Shown: one piece after another, positions 20,791 to 30,003 of the stretch | How positions within the stretch are numbered: the first letter of the stretch is position 1 | Layout of the letters: the number at the start of each line of letters is the position of its first letter | NCBI GenBank assembly: GCA_033764315.1 | Contig: JANRJA010000075.1 | Coordinates: 32,001 to 96,000, forward strand | Length of the DNA stretch: 64,000 nucleotides | Reading direction: 5' to 3' | Origin: Oculatellaceae cyanobacterium bins.114 | Lineage (GTDB): Bacteria > Cyanobacteriota > Cyanobacteriia > Elainellales > Elainellaceae | Program-made: the position numbers and the translations under genes | Notes under the pieces: model-generated | What the model was told of the DNA's origin: nothing | Database searches by the model: none | What the model saw: only the letters and a program-made list of their open reading frames with translations

Positions 20791-21208
20791 CAGCTACTAC
20801 ATGGAACTGATTAATGCGTTTCCACCGCGTCCAATTACAAATGATGCTGAGTTAGATGCAACCCAAGATCAAATTAATTTGATACTAGATCGGGGTCGGC
20901 TCACTCAAGACGATCGCGATTACTTAAAGGTACTGGGAATGCTTGTCTATGACTACGAGGAACAACATGAACAAATGCCTCTGTTGAAAGGTATTGAATT
21001 GCTCAAAGCTTTAATGACAGAATCCAACTTTCAACCCAAGGATTTAGTCCCCATCCTCGGAAATGAGGCAGTTGTTTTAGAGATTCTTAATGACAGAAGT
21101 GAACTAACAGATACTCAAATCCAAGAATTGGCTTCTTTTTTCCATATATCTCCCACTTCTTTGGTCAAAGAAAGTGTAACTCCATTAACGCTAGAGGATG
21201 AATCATGA
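20765..21208 (+). CDS. higA: HigA family antitoxin
   Basis: FPPRPI..., L.VLG.LV.DYEE, LK.LM.E......DL, C-terminal HTH; overlaps higB. Confidence 0.85.
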   Translation: MTIGLKTPSSYYMELINAFPPRPITNDAELDATQDQINLILDRGRLTQDDRDYLKVLGMLVYDYEEQHEQMPLLKGIELLKALMTESNFQPKDLVPILGNEAVVLEILNDRSELTDTQIQELASFFHISPTSLVKESVTPLTLEDES

Positions 21209-21426
21209 AAGCGTATCATATCAATATCTTTTATAGCGAAGAAGACGAGGGATACATCGCTGATATTCCTGATTTGAAACATTGTTCTGCATTCGGTGAA
21301 ACAGAAGAAGAAGCTTTGCATGAGGTTCTAAATGCAAAACAAGCCTGGTTAGAAGTCGCAAAAGTAGAAGGCAAGCCTATTCCTGAACCGAGATATCGTC
21401 CAGCAATTTACCAAGTTGCTTCTTAG
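21205..21426 (+). CDS. HicB family antitoxin-like protein
   Basis: Y.I.I.YSEED.GYIA.IPDL..CSAFGET.EEAL......WL......G.PIP.P; ATGA overlap with higA. Confidence 0.88.
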   Translation: MKAYHINIFYSEEDEGYIADIPDLKHCSAFGETEEEALHEVLNAKQAWLEVAKVEGKPIPEPRYRPAIYQVAS

Positions 21427-21478
21427 TCAAAATAAAAGCACCAAAGCAAGTGGAGTGAGTGATACAAAATACCTTCTT

Positions 21479-21718
21479 TTAGTTGGATGTACTAGACTCG
21501 ATTGGCATAACCAACAACGTGTTACCTTCAATACCACGCACCATCACCGATTCACCCGAAAAAATTGTTTTAGGGCAATCCTCCTGAAACCGAGCAAACC
21601 AGGATGTTCCCTGCCAAAACACCCGTCCCCGTTTGTTAGGTGTAATACTCTGCTCAACTCTGGCACGAGAAGGAGGTGTTAAGAATTCTGGGGTATCAGG
21701 AAAGAATGCGAAACTCAT
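21479..21718 (-). CDS. NfeD-like C-terminal OB-fold protein
   Basis: GRV.WQGTSW.AR......G..V.V.GIEGNTLLV. Confidence 0.8.
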   Translation of the reverse strand: MSFAFFPDTPEFLTPPSRARVEQSITPNKRGRVFWQGTSWFARFQEDCPKTIFSGESVMVRGIEGNTLLVMPIESSTSN

Positions 21719-22045
21719 GGCTCAAACTCCCGTAACTGATTGGGGTGTTGAGTTCAATTTCATCCTGAAAAGATTGATAAACCCAGCGACAATCCTGGAG
21801 TTTAGCAATGAACTTAAGCGGTTTGAAATCACTGTTTTAGAGAGCCGTTTCTGCTGAGCTTTTGCTAGCGCAAAGAGTTCAGCCATTGATCTCGATCAAC
21901 TCGCTTAAGATCAGCAGTAACTCCTTATCTTCCAGACATTAACCCTTAACTTCAGAAATCCTGGATAAGGTGTGTTGGGTATTTGAGTAAAGCTCACCAA
22001 AACCCCGTCTATACTGAAAACACGACTTGAGCTATTTGGGTCACT

Positions 22046-22588
22046 ATGATTGCTGCTCACGATTCAACAACTGCACCGATCGCCCTAGAGGTTTGGCTCG
22101 ATAATCCACCAGTTAGAACAGAGTGGGTTGACGGTAATGTGCTGCAAAAACGCGATATGACCCTCAAGCATAGTAAAATTCAGCGGCGATTAAGCACGTT
22201 ATGGAGCAATTATATTGATACTCAAGGTTTTGGGGGTGAAGTGTATACAGAAGCCCCTTGTCGGACAAAACAGCAGGGACGTTCACCTGATGTTGCCTAT
22301 CTAACCCCAGATCTGGTGGCTCAGTATGGAGACGCTAAAGTATTGCCCCAAAGTTTTCCTTTGAGTGCTGAGGTGATATCACCGACCGATTTAGCAGAAG
22401 AGGTGATTGCTAAAGCATACGAATATTTAGAATTTGGGGGTGAAGAAGTCTGGCTTGTTTACCCAGATAACGGTTGGATTATGGTCATCACAGCGGAATC
22501 CAAGCAAATTTTTAGTCGGGGAGAAGTAGCTGTCACCCAAAAGGTAATACCAGGCTTTCAGATCAGTGTTGATGAATTGTTAGCTTGA
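22046..22588 (+). CDS. Uma2 family endonuclease
   Basis: EWVDG, R.PDVAY, AEVISPTD, K..EYL..G.EEVWLVYP. Confidence 0.88.
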   Translation: MIAAHDSTTAPIALEVWLDNPPVRTEWVDGNVLQKRDMTLKHSKIQRRLSTLWSNYIDTQGFGGEVYTEAPCRTKQQGRSPDVAYLTPDLVAQYGDAKVLPQSFPLSAEVISPTDLAEEVIAKAYEYLEFGGEEVWLVYPDNGWIMVITAESKQIFSRGEVAVTQKVIPGFQISVDELLA

Positions 22589-22642
22589 ATCGTTGGCGAT
22601 CGCCTCTCTCCTTTAAATTGACCTGCCCATCTTCTATTTCAA

Positions 22643-23062
22643 CTAGACCGCAAAGATGGCTTCATCCTGTTGAAAGGCTTTGAACTCCAACGCATGTCCA
22701 GTGGGGTCAAGAAAAAACATTGTGGCTTGTTCTCCCACTTCTCCCGCAAAGCGAGTATGAGGCTCAATAACGAACTCTATTCCTTGCTGTTGAAGCCTAT
22801 CGGCTAGGGCCTGCCATTGCTGCATCTCTAAGATGACACCCCAATGCTGCACTGGAACCTGTTTTCCGTCTACCTCATTAGTGGGAATTGTCGCATCTTG
22901 AGATGAGCTTAAATGGGCTGTGACTTGATGCCCAAATAGGTTGAAGTCAATCCAGGTTTCAGATGTCCTGCCAATCGTACAACCAAGGACTGTTTCGTAG
23001 AAATGGCGAGTAGTTGCTAAATCTTTGACAGGAAACGCGAGATGAAACGGACGGATGCTCAT
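22643..23062 (-). CDS. VOC/glyoxalase family protein
   Basis: PFHLAFPV.DL...R.FY...LGC..GR....W.DF..FGHQ...EQATMF..DP.G..LEFKAF; ATG at 23062. Confidence 0.9.
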   Translation of the reverse strand: MSIRPFHLAFPVKDLATTRHFYETVLGCTIGRTSETWIDFNLFGHQVTAHLSSSQDATIPTNEVDGKQVPVQHWGVILEMQQWQALADRLQQQGIEFVIEPHTRFAGEVGEQATMFFLDPTGHALEFKAFQQDEAIFAV

Positions 23063-23089
23063 ACTAAGTCTTGAATTGGTTAACGCAAT

Positions 23090-23191
23090 GTGCAATTTAC
23101 GGGTTTAGATCCCCGATTTCTCGTCGGCTCTGACTGAAGGGTGCCTAGTGACATCTCTAAAAACCGAGGATCTGGATAGCCGCACATAGGG
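23090..23191 (+). repeat. Dispersed hairpin repeat family A (copy 1)
   Basis: GTGCAATTTA...TTTAGATCCCCGATTTCTCG...AAAACCGAGGATCTGG...CGCACA; similar to 55121-55220 (reverse) and 61011-61114. Confidence 0.7.
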
Positions 23192-23304
23192 CTTGGTTAT
23201 TCACGCTCAACCCCTCAAGTGTAATCAAGTTGAAGCGTAACCTCAGTAGGAGGTCAAATTAGTCGCGATCGGGTTAAGCCTCCTTTTGCAAGAGCCGCAG
23301 ATCT

Positions 23305-24249
23305 CTATAAATCACGGGTCACTTGGTCAATCTCTGCCTTCTCTTCATCGGTCATTGACCAACCTATCGCCCCAGCATTTTGGCGTGCTTGGTCTGCCGT
23401 TTTTGCTCCTGGAATGGGAATCACATTGCCTTGAGCAATTAACCAGTTGAGCGCAACTTGAGCCGGAGTTCGTTGATAGCGATCGCCCACGTCTTTCAAT
23501 ACCTTCAGAATTGGAGTTAGTTTCTTCAATCCCTCTTGGCTAAAGCGGGGGTTAAAGCGACGCGCACCCGTCGGTTCAGTGTAGTTTTCAGCATTATATT
23601 TACCTGTTAACAAGCCTTGTGCGAGTGGACTGTATGCCAAAATTGTGACGCCCAACTCACGAGCCGTTTCTAAAACGCCATTGTGTTCGATCTGTCGTGC
23701 CAGCAAAGAGTATTCCACCTGATTCACCGCCAGCGGAACGCCTCGCTTTGCCAGCAACTCGTGTGCCTCACGCATTTGCTGAGCAGAATAGTTGCTCACC
23801 CCAACCGCCTTGATTCTGCCCTGCTTTACCTCATCGGCAAGGGCATTCATTAAGGTTTCTTGAGACATAAAAAAGCTAAAGGGTTGATGCACCTGATAGA
23901 GATCCACGGTGGGCAACTTTAGTCGTCTTAAACTAGCGGTGAGGGCATCGGACACGGCATCAGCTGTAAACCGCCACGGCACTGGAAAATATTTGGTGGC
24001 AATATAAACGGGTTGTTGCGATCGCTGCATGAACTGCCCAATCAAGGTCTCTGATTCACCAAAGCCATAGATCTCAGCGGTGTCGAAGAAATTTACACCA
24101 GAGGCGATCGCTTCTTGAAACGCGGCTTCTAACTGGTCAGCGTTGTAGTCTTTGCCATAGCTCCAAAATAGTTTGTCACCCCATGCCCAGGTGCCAATGC
24201 AGAGCGGGGGAACGGCAGATCCGTTTGCACCAAGAGTAAGAGTTTGCAT
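23305..24249 (-). CDS. Aldo/keto reductase
   Basis: GTWAWG, FFDTAEIYG, IATK, DLYQVH, GVSNYS, NQVEYSL, AYSPLAQG, IPGAK. Confidence 0.93.
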   Translation of the reverse strand: MQTLTLGANGSAVPPLCIGTWAWGDKLFWSYGKDYNADQLEAAFQEAIASGVNFFDTAEIYGFGESETLIGQFMQRSQQPVYIATKYFPVPWRFTADAVSDALTASLRRLKLPTVDLYQVHQPFSFFMSQETLMNALADEVKQGRIKAVGVSNYSAQQMREAHELLAKRGVPLAVNQVEYSLLARQIEHNGVLETARELGVTILAYSPLAQGLLTGKYNAENYTEPTGARRFNPRFSQEGLKKLTPILKVLKDVGDRYQRTPAQVALNWLIAQGNVIPIPGAKTADQARQNAGAIGWSMTDEEKAEIDQVTRDL

Positions 24250-24417
24250 TCGTTTGTCTTTATAAAACTTAATACTCTCAGTTTATCGCTCATTCAGTTT
24301 TCGGGGCGATTACCCAAAGAGGGAACTGCTTTGCATCGCTGATCGTTCCTTTCAACCTTTATCCTTAATGAATGAGAAGGTATTCACTAGCGATTGTTCC
24401 AAGGTTAGATTTTTGCC

Positions 24418-25839
24418 ATGACAATGGGTGATTTTTCAGATAATTCGCTTACACAATCCCCAATCGGCGGGGCAATCCCTCAAATCAGTCTGTTTACGAT
24501 GTTTCGTCTGGGACTGTTTCAGATGGGACTTGGGCTGCTGTCGCTATTGACGCTGGGCGTGCTAAATCAGATTTTGATCTCAGAGCTAAAAATTCCAGGA
24601 ACGATCGCAGCGGGGGCGATCGCTATGTACCAGTTTGTTGCACCTGCTCGGATCTGGTTTGGTCACATGTCAGACTCCAGACCCATCTTGGGGCATCACC
24701 GCACTGGATATATTTGGTTGGGTTTAGCACTTCAAGCGGTTTGTTTATTTCTGGCGGTGCAGGTGGTTTGGCAACTGGGAGCCAGTACCGCCAACGGCTG
24801 GACAACGCAAAGCACGGGCTGGACAGCATTATTGGCGTTTATGTTTGCCTTGTATGGGCTGTGTATTAGCTCTAGCTCAACTCCCTTTACAGCACTGCTA
24901 GTGGATGTATCAGAGGAGGGAAACCGTTCAAAACTGGTTGGCATCGTCTGGGCAATGCTGATGGTGGGGATTGTAGCAGGGGCGATCGCAGGCGAAAAAA
25001 TGCTGGAAGGCATTACCCCAGAAACATTACAATCTTCCATCAATCGTTTATTTATGATTTTCCCGATCGCTGTTGTGGGACTGGGAATACTGGCAACGTT
25101 TGGGATTGAGAAAAAATATTCCCGCTATCGATCGCGCTCCACAATCGTAGAAAGGGAGGATCGAATTACCTTGAGAGCTGCGCTCAAAGTTCTCACAGCT
25201 TCTCGGCAAACGGCAATTTTCTTCACCTTTTTGCTGGTAATGACGATTAGCCTGTTTTTACAGCAGCCCGTGTTAGAACCCTACGCCCGTGAAGTGTTTG
25301 GCATGACAATCGGTGAAAGTGCTGGACTTAATCAGTTTTGGGGCTATGGCATTCTGACGGGTATGGCAATTTCAGGGTTTGTTATTGTGCCGCGTCTGGG
25401 TAAGCAAAAAACGGCTCAGTTAGGGTGTCTATTCACCGCAGGCTGCTTTGTGCTGGTGATTCTGTCAGGTTTGACCGAAACGCAAGTGATGCTCAGAAGT
25501 GCAGTGATGCTGTTTGGGTTAGCTTCCGGCATTTTGACGAATGGTGCGGTGAGCCTGATGTTAGACCTGACCGCAGCAGAAACCGCAGGGACATTTGTGG
25601 GGGCTTGGGGACTCGCACAAGCTCTATCTCAAGCAACTGCAACGGTTGCAGGGGGAGCCTTATTGGATTTAGGGCGGAATGTGTTTCAAAGTCCGCTTCC
25701 TGCTTTTAGTCTGGTTTTTGCCTGTCAAGCGGTTGGAATGTTAATCGCAGTTTGGCTCCTGAGCCGTGTTGATGTGCAAGAGTTTCGCACAAGGGCATCG
25801 AAGGCGATCGCCGCTGTTTTAGAAGCTGAAATGGATTAA
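24418..25839 (+). CDS. BCD/PucC family MFS transporter
   Basis: FRLGLFQMGLG, FG..SD, RTGYIW, LEPY, GTF.GAWGLAQA. Confidence 0.9.
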   Translation: MTMGDFSDNSLTQSPIGGAIPQISLFTMFRLGLFQMGLGLLSLLTLGVLNQILISELKIPGTIAAGAIAMYQFVAPARIWFGHMSDSRPILGHHRTGYIWLGLALQAVCLFLAVQVVWQLGASTANGWTTQSTGWTALLAFMFALYGLCISSSSTPFTALLVDVSEEGNRSKLVGIVWAMLMVGIVAGAIAGEKMLEGITPETLQSSINRLFMIFPIAVVGLGILATFGIEKKYSRYRSRSTIVEREDRITLRAALKVLTASRQTAIFFTFLLVMTISLFLQQPVLEPYAREVFGMTIGESAGLNQFWGYGILTGMAISGFVIVPRLGKQKTAQLGCLFTAGCFVLVILSGLTETQVMLRSAVMLFGLASGILTNGAVSLMLDLTAAETAGTFVGAWGLAQALSQATATVAGGALLDLGRNVFQSPLPAFSLVFACQAVGMLIAVWLLSRVDVQEFRTRASKAIAAVLEAEMD

Positions 25840-25852
25840 CGAAGGACGCTGG

Positions 25853-26665
25853 ATGACTGATTTTTGGACGGATATTCTCACTTTTGCTGAAACCACTACC
25901 CAGCGTGTTGGAGCACAACTGCTCAAAGACTTTGGACAGGCACAGGCATCTGAAAAAGCCGATGGTAGTTTAGTCACCCAATCCGATCAGTGGGCAGATG
26001 AAGAGTTGCGGGGGGCGATCGCCACTATCTTCCCTGACCACGGGGTCTTGAGTGAGGAAGTGGCTCACATCTTTCCTGATACCGAGTGGTGTTGGGTTAT
26101 CGACCCTGTAGACGGCACCACCAACTTTGCTAGAGGTTTGCCGATCTGGGGAGTGTCATTGGGATTGTTATATCGCGGCACTCCTGTCTTTGGTTATGTG
26201 CATCTACCTCCGTTGAGGCAGTCCTTTCATGGGTTTTGGTATGGCGAGTCGGGCTTGACCGGACCCACCGGAGCCTTTTTGGATGGTCAACCGATCCATG
26301 CCAGTGCCGATGCCATTAGCCCCAATCACTTCTTTAGCCTGTGTGCTCGCAGCATCGCCGCCCTAAAGCAACCCTTTCCTTGCAAAATTCGCATGTTAGG
26401 GGTCGCCACGTATAACCTGCTCACTGTTGCGGCAGGAGCGACTCTGGGTGGCGTAGAAGCCACCCCTAAAATCTGGGACATTGCGGCAATTTGGGCAATC
26501 ACACAAGCGGCAGGAGCGGTGTGGCATCCATTAGAATCAGAACCAATTTTTCCCCTCAAGCCAGGGCAAGACTACGGTAAGCGATCGTTCCCCACGCTGG
26601 TGGTGAGTCAACCCAGTTTGATTCCCGTGTTTGAACCCCTGGTTCACTTTTTGCGCCAAAAATAG
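25853..26665 (+). CDS. Inositol monophosphatase family protein
   Basis: LSEE, WVIDPVDGTTNF, WDIAA. Confidence 0.92.
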   Translation: MTDFWTDILTFAETTTQRVGAQLLKDFGQAQASEKADGSLVTQSDQWADEELRGAIATIFPDHGVLSEEVAHIFPDTEWCWVIDPVDGTTNFARGLPIWGVSLGLLYRGTPVFGYVHLPPLRQSFHGFWYGESGLTGPTGAFLDGQPIHASADAISPNHFFSLCARSIAALKQPFPCKIRMLGVATYNLLTVAAGATLGGVEATPKIWDIAAIWAITQAAGAVWHPLESEPIFPLKPGQDYGKRSFPTLVVSQPSLIPVFEPLVHFLRQK

Positions 26666-26818
26666 CACAGTCTCCTGACCCCTCTGTCGCTGACGTCCAA
26701 AATCATAAATCTGAAATCCAAAATTGGTATAACGGTAGCCCCCGATACTCAAAAACTCAACTTTTTACAGCAGTCTCAATTAGAGATCTAGTAGCGCAGT
26801 TGAGTAGGAGCGATCGCA

Positions 26819-28198
26819 ATGGTGATGGAAATGGTGCCACCGGGGGAATTACGGGACGATCAGCAGCAAACGAATGGGGGAGATGCGATCGCCCAATTCA
26901 TCACTCAACTCAAAGAGCAAAACATTGAATACTTGCGGTTTGAACTCCCTGATCTACACGGTGTCTCTCGCCTCAAAGTGGTTCCAGTTGACAAGGTTGA
27001 AGGCTACACCCGCAAAGGCTTGAATTTCTACGGTGGCACGCTGGCACTCGATACGGCTTCTATGGTCGTTCCCGATTCTGGCTATCATGGAGAGCGCAAA
27101 TATCGCGATCATCTGATCTTTCCCGATCTCGATAGCCTTACCCCAGTTCCCTGGCTTGACAAAACCGCCAAAGTGATTTGTGATCCCTACTGGAGCCATG
27201 AGGAACCCCTCACCGTGGCTCCTCGTTATGTCCTCAAAACTCTGCTTAAAAAAGCGGCAGACCTGGGCTTTGATGTGATGATGGGTCACGAGTTTGAGTT
27301 CTATCTATTAACCGCTGACAAAAAGCCGATCTTTGACGGGCTGCACATCTTCAATCACATCCGCAACCAATACATCCCTGAAATCGATCAGATTCTCGAT
27401 TACTTGAGAGGGTCAGGCATAGATGTGATTACGCACAACTGCGAATACGCCCCTTCTCAGTTTGAGATCAACTATGGAGCATCCAAAGGCATCTTGGGCG
27501 CAGACAAAGCCTTCACCTTTAAAAATGCAGTCAAAGAAATCGCTCATCGTCTGGGCTACCATGCCACCTTTATGTCAAAGCCTTTTGCGGGGATGTCAGG
27601 TTCCTGTTGCCACTTCCATCTCAGCCTCTGGGAACGCAACAGCGACACTAATGCCTTTTTAGATCCCGCGGCTGAGTATGGACTCTCCAAAACCGCACGG
27701 GCATTTATTCAGGGAATTCTTGACCATGCTCCAGCCATGTTGCCGTTTATTGGCCCCACCCCTAATTGCTATCGTCGGCTTAAACCTCATACCTTTGCAC
27801 CCTCAAATATCAGTTGGGGCATTGAAGATCGTTCTGCCATGATTCGAGTGAAGGCAACAGGCGATGAAGGCACCCACCTCGAAATGCGGGCTGGCTCAGC
27901 TATTAGTAATCCTTATCTAACGGCTGCGGCGACTTTGGCAGCGGGTTTATTGGGGATTCAGCAAGAGCGTGAGTTGCAACCGATGGTAGATGGCCCCAGT
28001 GAGGACGATCCCTCGTTATCCAAATTTCCGCAAACGTTGGATGCTGCTTTAGAGGCACTGGCAGCCGATAGGGAGATGCAGGAGATGTTGGGGCAAGACT
28101 TTTGCAACCTCTTTACCACCGTCAAGCAGTTTGAGTTGGCTCGTTTTCACGACCACCTGACTGACTGGGAGACAAATGAATACATGGATGTCTATTAG
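26819..28198 (+). CDS. Glutamine synthetase-like gamma-glutamyl ligase
   Basis: G.E.EFYL, E..P.QFEIN, ATFMSKP, H.H.SLW, N.YRRL, R....R, E.R, NPYL; TFAP in place of the GS YEAP loop. Confidence 0.88.
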   Translation: MVMEMVPPGELRDDQQQTNGGDAIAQFITQLKEQNIEYLRFELPDLHGVSRLKVVPVDKVEGYTRKGLNFYGGTLALDTASMVVPDSGYHGERKYRDHLIFPDLDSLTPVPWLDKTAKVICDPYWSHEEPLTVAPRYVLKTLLKKAADLGFDVMMGHEFEFYLLTADKKPIFDGLHIFNHIRNQYIPEIDQILDYLRGSGIDVITHNCEYAPSQFEINYGASKGILGADKAFTFKNAVKEIAHRLGYHATFMSKPFAGMSGSCCHFHLSLWERNSDTNAFLDPAAEYGLSKTARAFIQGILDHAPAMLPFIGPTPNCYRRLKPHTFAPSNISWGIEDRSAMIRVKATGDEGTHLEMRAGSAISNPYLTAAATLAAGLLGIQQERELQPMVDGPSEDDPSLSKFPQTLDAALEALAADREMQEMLGQDFCNLFTTVKQFELARFHDHLTDWETNEYMDVY

Positions 28199-28473
28199 AG
28201 GGTTATTAAAACATGACCTCATGGTGGTGTGTCAGACATCCTACCGTTTACTTAAAATCAAGGCTGGCTTTTGAGTAAATCTCAAGGCTCTGAGCTATTG
28301 ATCCAAGACTTGTTTGACTTTGTGGAGTAATTGCTGCACAAGCCTCTCACAATCCATTTGGGATTGCTGTAGAGTGGCTGAGTAGAGTTGCACCAGATCG
28401 ATCGAAAGCGATTTAACCTGAAATAACTCACTATCAATCCATGTTACTCAATAGCTCATGGAAGCAATGGCTC

Positions 28474-28950
28474 ATGGAAACGTCTCAATCGTCTAAATTA
28501 TTTCAATTTGAGGAGGATTTTGGTGACTCCTTACGGTGTATTCCCATGCGAGTGCGACTCAAACTCGACACCTGTGGCATCAAGCTCAAACTGCCTCAGT
28601 GGAATCAGTTCACTCTAAGCGATCGCCAGCAACTCCTCGATCTCCCCTGTGATAGTGAGGCCGCGATCGCCACCTATCGGGCAACCTTGCAACACCTGAT
28701 TCAAGAGCGCACGGGTGAAATTGCGACCGAGTTGGCGATCGACCCTACTCCGGCATGGCAAGATACGGCGACTATTCCCACGAGTGTGCAAGCACGAGCC
28801 GATGAACTAGGACTGACCCTGATGCAGCACCAATGGGCAACGCTCACACCCGATCAACGCTTTGCTCTGATTAAACTTAGCTGCTCTGAACACGAACACC
28901 GCAACTTTTTGCCTGCACTAAAAGAATTTCAGATCGTTGAGACGGTATAA
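28474..28950 (+). CDS. narM: Nitrate reductase-associated protein
   Basis: FQFE.DF..SLRCIPM.VR.KLD.CG.KLKL..W...QRFALIKL....HE..NF.PAL.EF; start 28441 or 28474. Confidence 0.85.
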   Translation: METSQSSKLFQFEEDFGDSLRCIPMRVRLKLDTCGIKLKLPQWNQFTLSDRQQLLDLPCDSEAAIATYRATLQHLIQERTGEIATELAIDPTPAWQDTATIPTSVQARADELGLTLMQHQWATLTPDQRFALIKLSCSEHEHRNFLPALKEFQIVETV

Positions 28951-29026
28951 GTAACGATTCACTATTAACGAGTGGTACAGTAGGAGTGCCGAAACATTTC
29001 GTAATATTTCTCTTATTTAATCCTCT

Positions 29027-29608
29027 ATGCTGAATCGTCGTGCCTTGCTACAAGTCTTGTGGATTGGTTGCATTGCTCTTTTATGTTCTTTAAGTGCGCT
29101 TCCCCCAACCGGGGGACTGCTTGGCATCGCCCCAGCTTTTGCATTGGGTGGAACTCAACCCCCACTCAATCAACCCGCCCCAGCTTTTACGTTGCCAACG
29201 AATGTTGGGAATGGTGAAATCTCCCTCAGCGACTATCAGGGCAAGTGGGTCGTTGTCTATTTTTATCCCAAAGACTTTACCTCTGGCTGCACCTTAGAGG
29301 CGCGTCGGTTTCAGCAAGACTTACCCAAATATCGAGATCGCAACACCGAGATTTTGGGCATCAGTGTCGATGATGTCGATTCTCATGCTGAGTTTTGTGA
29401 CTCTGAGGGACTGCGCTTTCCGCTATTGGCTGACACCGATGGATCGGTTAGCAAGGCATATGGTTCATGGTTAGGGGTTGCCTCTTTGCGACACACCTAT
29501 ATCGTCGATCCGCAAGGGATTCTACGAGAGCGGTTTTTAGGCGTCCAGCCTGCGGTTCACAGTGCTGAGGTATTGGCTCGATTGGATGAGCTACAACAAG
29601 AAGGATGA
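29027..29608 (+). CDS. Peroxiredoxin (BCP/PrxQ) with signal peptide
   Basis: YFYPKDFTSGCT.EA; RR-containing N-terminal leader. Confidence 0.9.
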   Translation: MLNRRALLQVLWIGCIALLCSLSALPPTGGLLGIAPAFALGGTQPPLNQPAPAFTLPTNVGNGEISLSDYQGKWVVVYFYPKDFTSGCTLEARRFQQDLPKYRDRNTEILGISVDDVDSHAEFCDSEGLRFPLLADTDGSVSKAYGSWLGVASLRHTYIVDPQGILRERFLGVQPAVHSAEVLARLDELQQEG

Positions 29609-29685
29609 AGAATGAAAAGTGAAGAATGAAAAGCGAAGAGTGAATTTAAACGTTTCCTTCTTCTTTTTTCTCTCTTTCCTTCTTA

Positions 29686-29846
29686 ATAATGTGCCGGGGC
29701 ATGAGGCGGGGGCTTACCCATGCCGATCCTGACGAAGGGAAGGATCTTTGGCTGATGTCGTGTTACCTGAAAATGATGATAGGGCTGTACAGGTGTGCGA
29801 CATAAGTCAGTTATCCGGCATTGCTTAATCCGATGTATTACTTATA
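29686..29846 (-). ncRNA. Putative structured non-coding RNA (four-way junction)
   Basis: Four helices visible (29692-29697/29815-29820; 29698-29706/29717-29724; 29725-29730/29741-29746; 29752-29769/29790-29810); no convincing ORF; promoter upstream. Confidence 0.6.
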
Positions 29847-29852
29847 CTACAA

Positions 29853-29881
29853 ATACTACATCAGTCTCTATGATCTGTCAA
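29853..29881 (-). promoter_or_regulatory. Sigma70-type promoter for the putative ncRNA
   Basis: Minus strand TTGACA (29881-29876), 17 nt, TAGTAT (29858-29853). Confidence 0.65.
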
Positions 29882-30003
29882 TCGATCTTGAGGCAATCCG
29901 CGATCGCCTCTTAGAGAGCAGTACTGCGATCGCCACAGACTTGACTCAAAGAGTAAACATCCTTTAGCAAAATTGCCTATTCTGGAAAAGGATGTGCAAA
30001 TAA

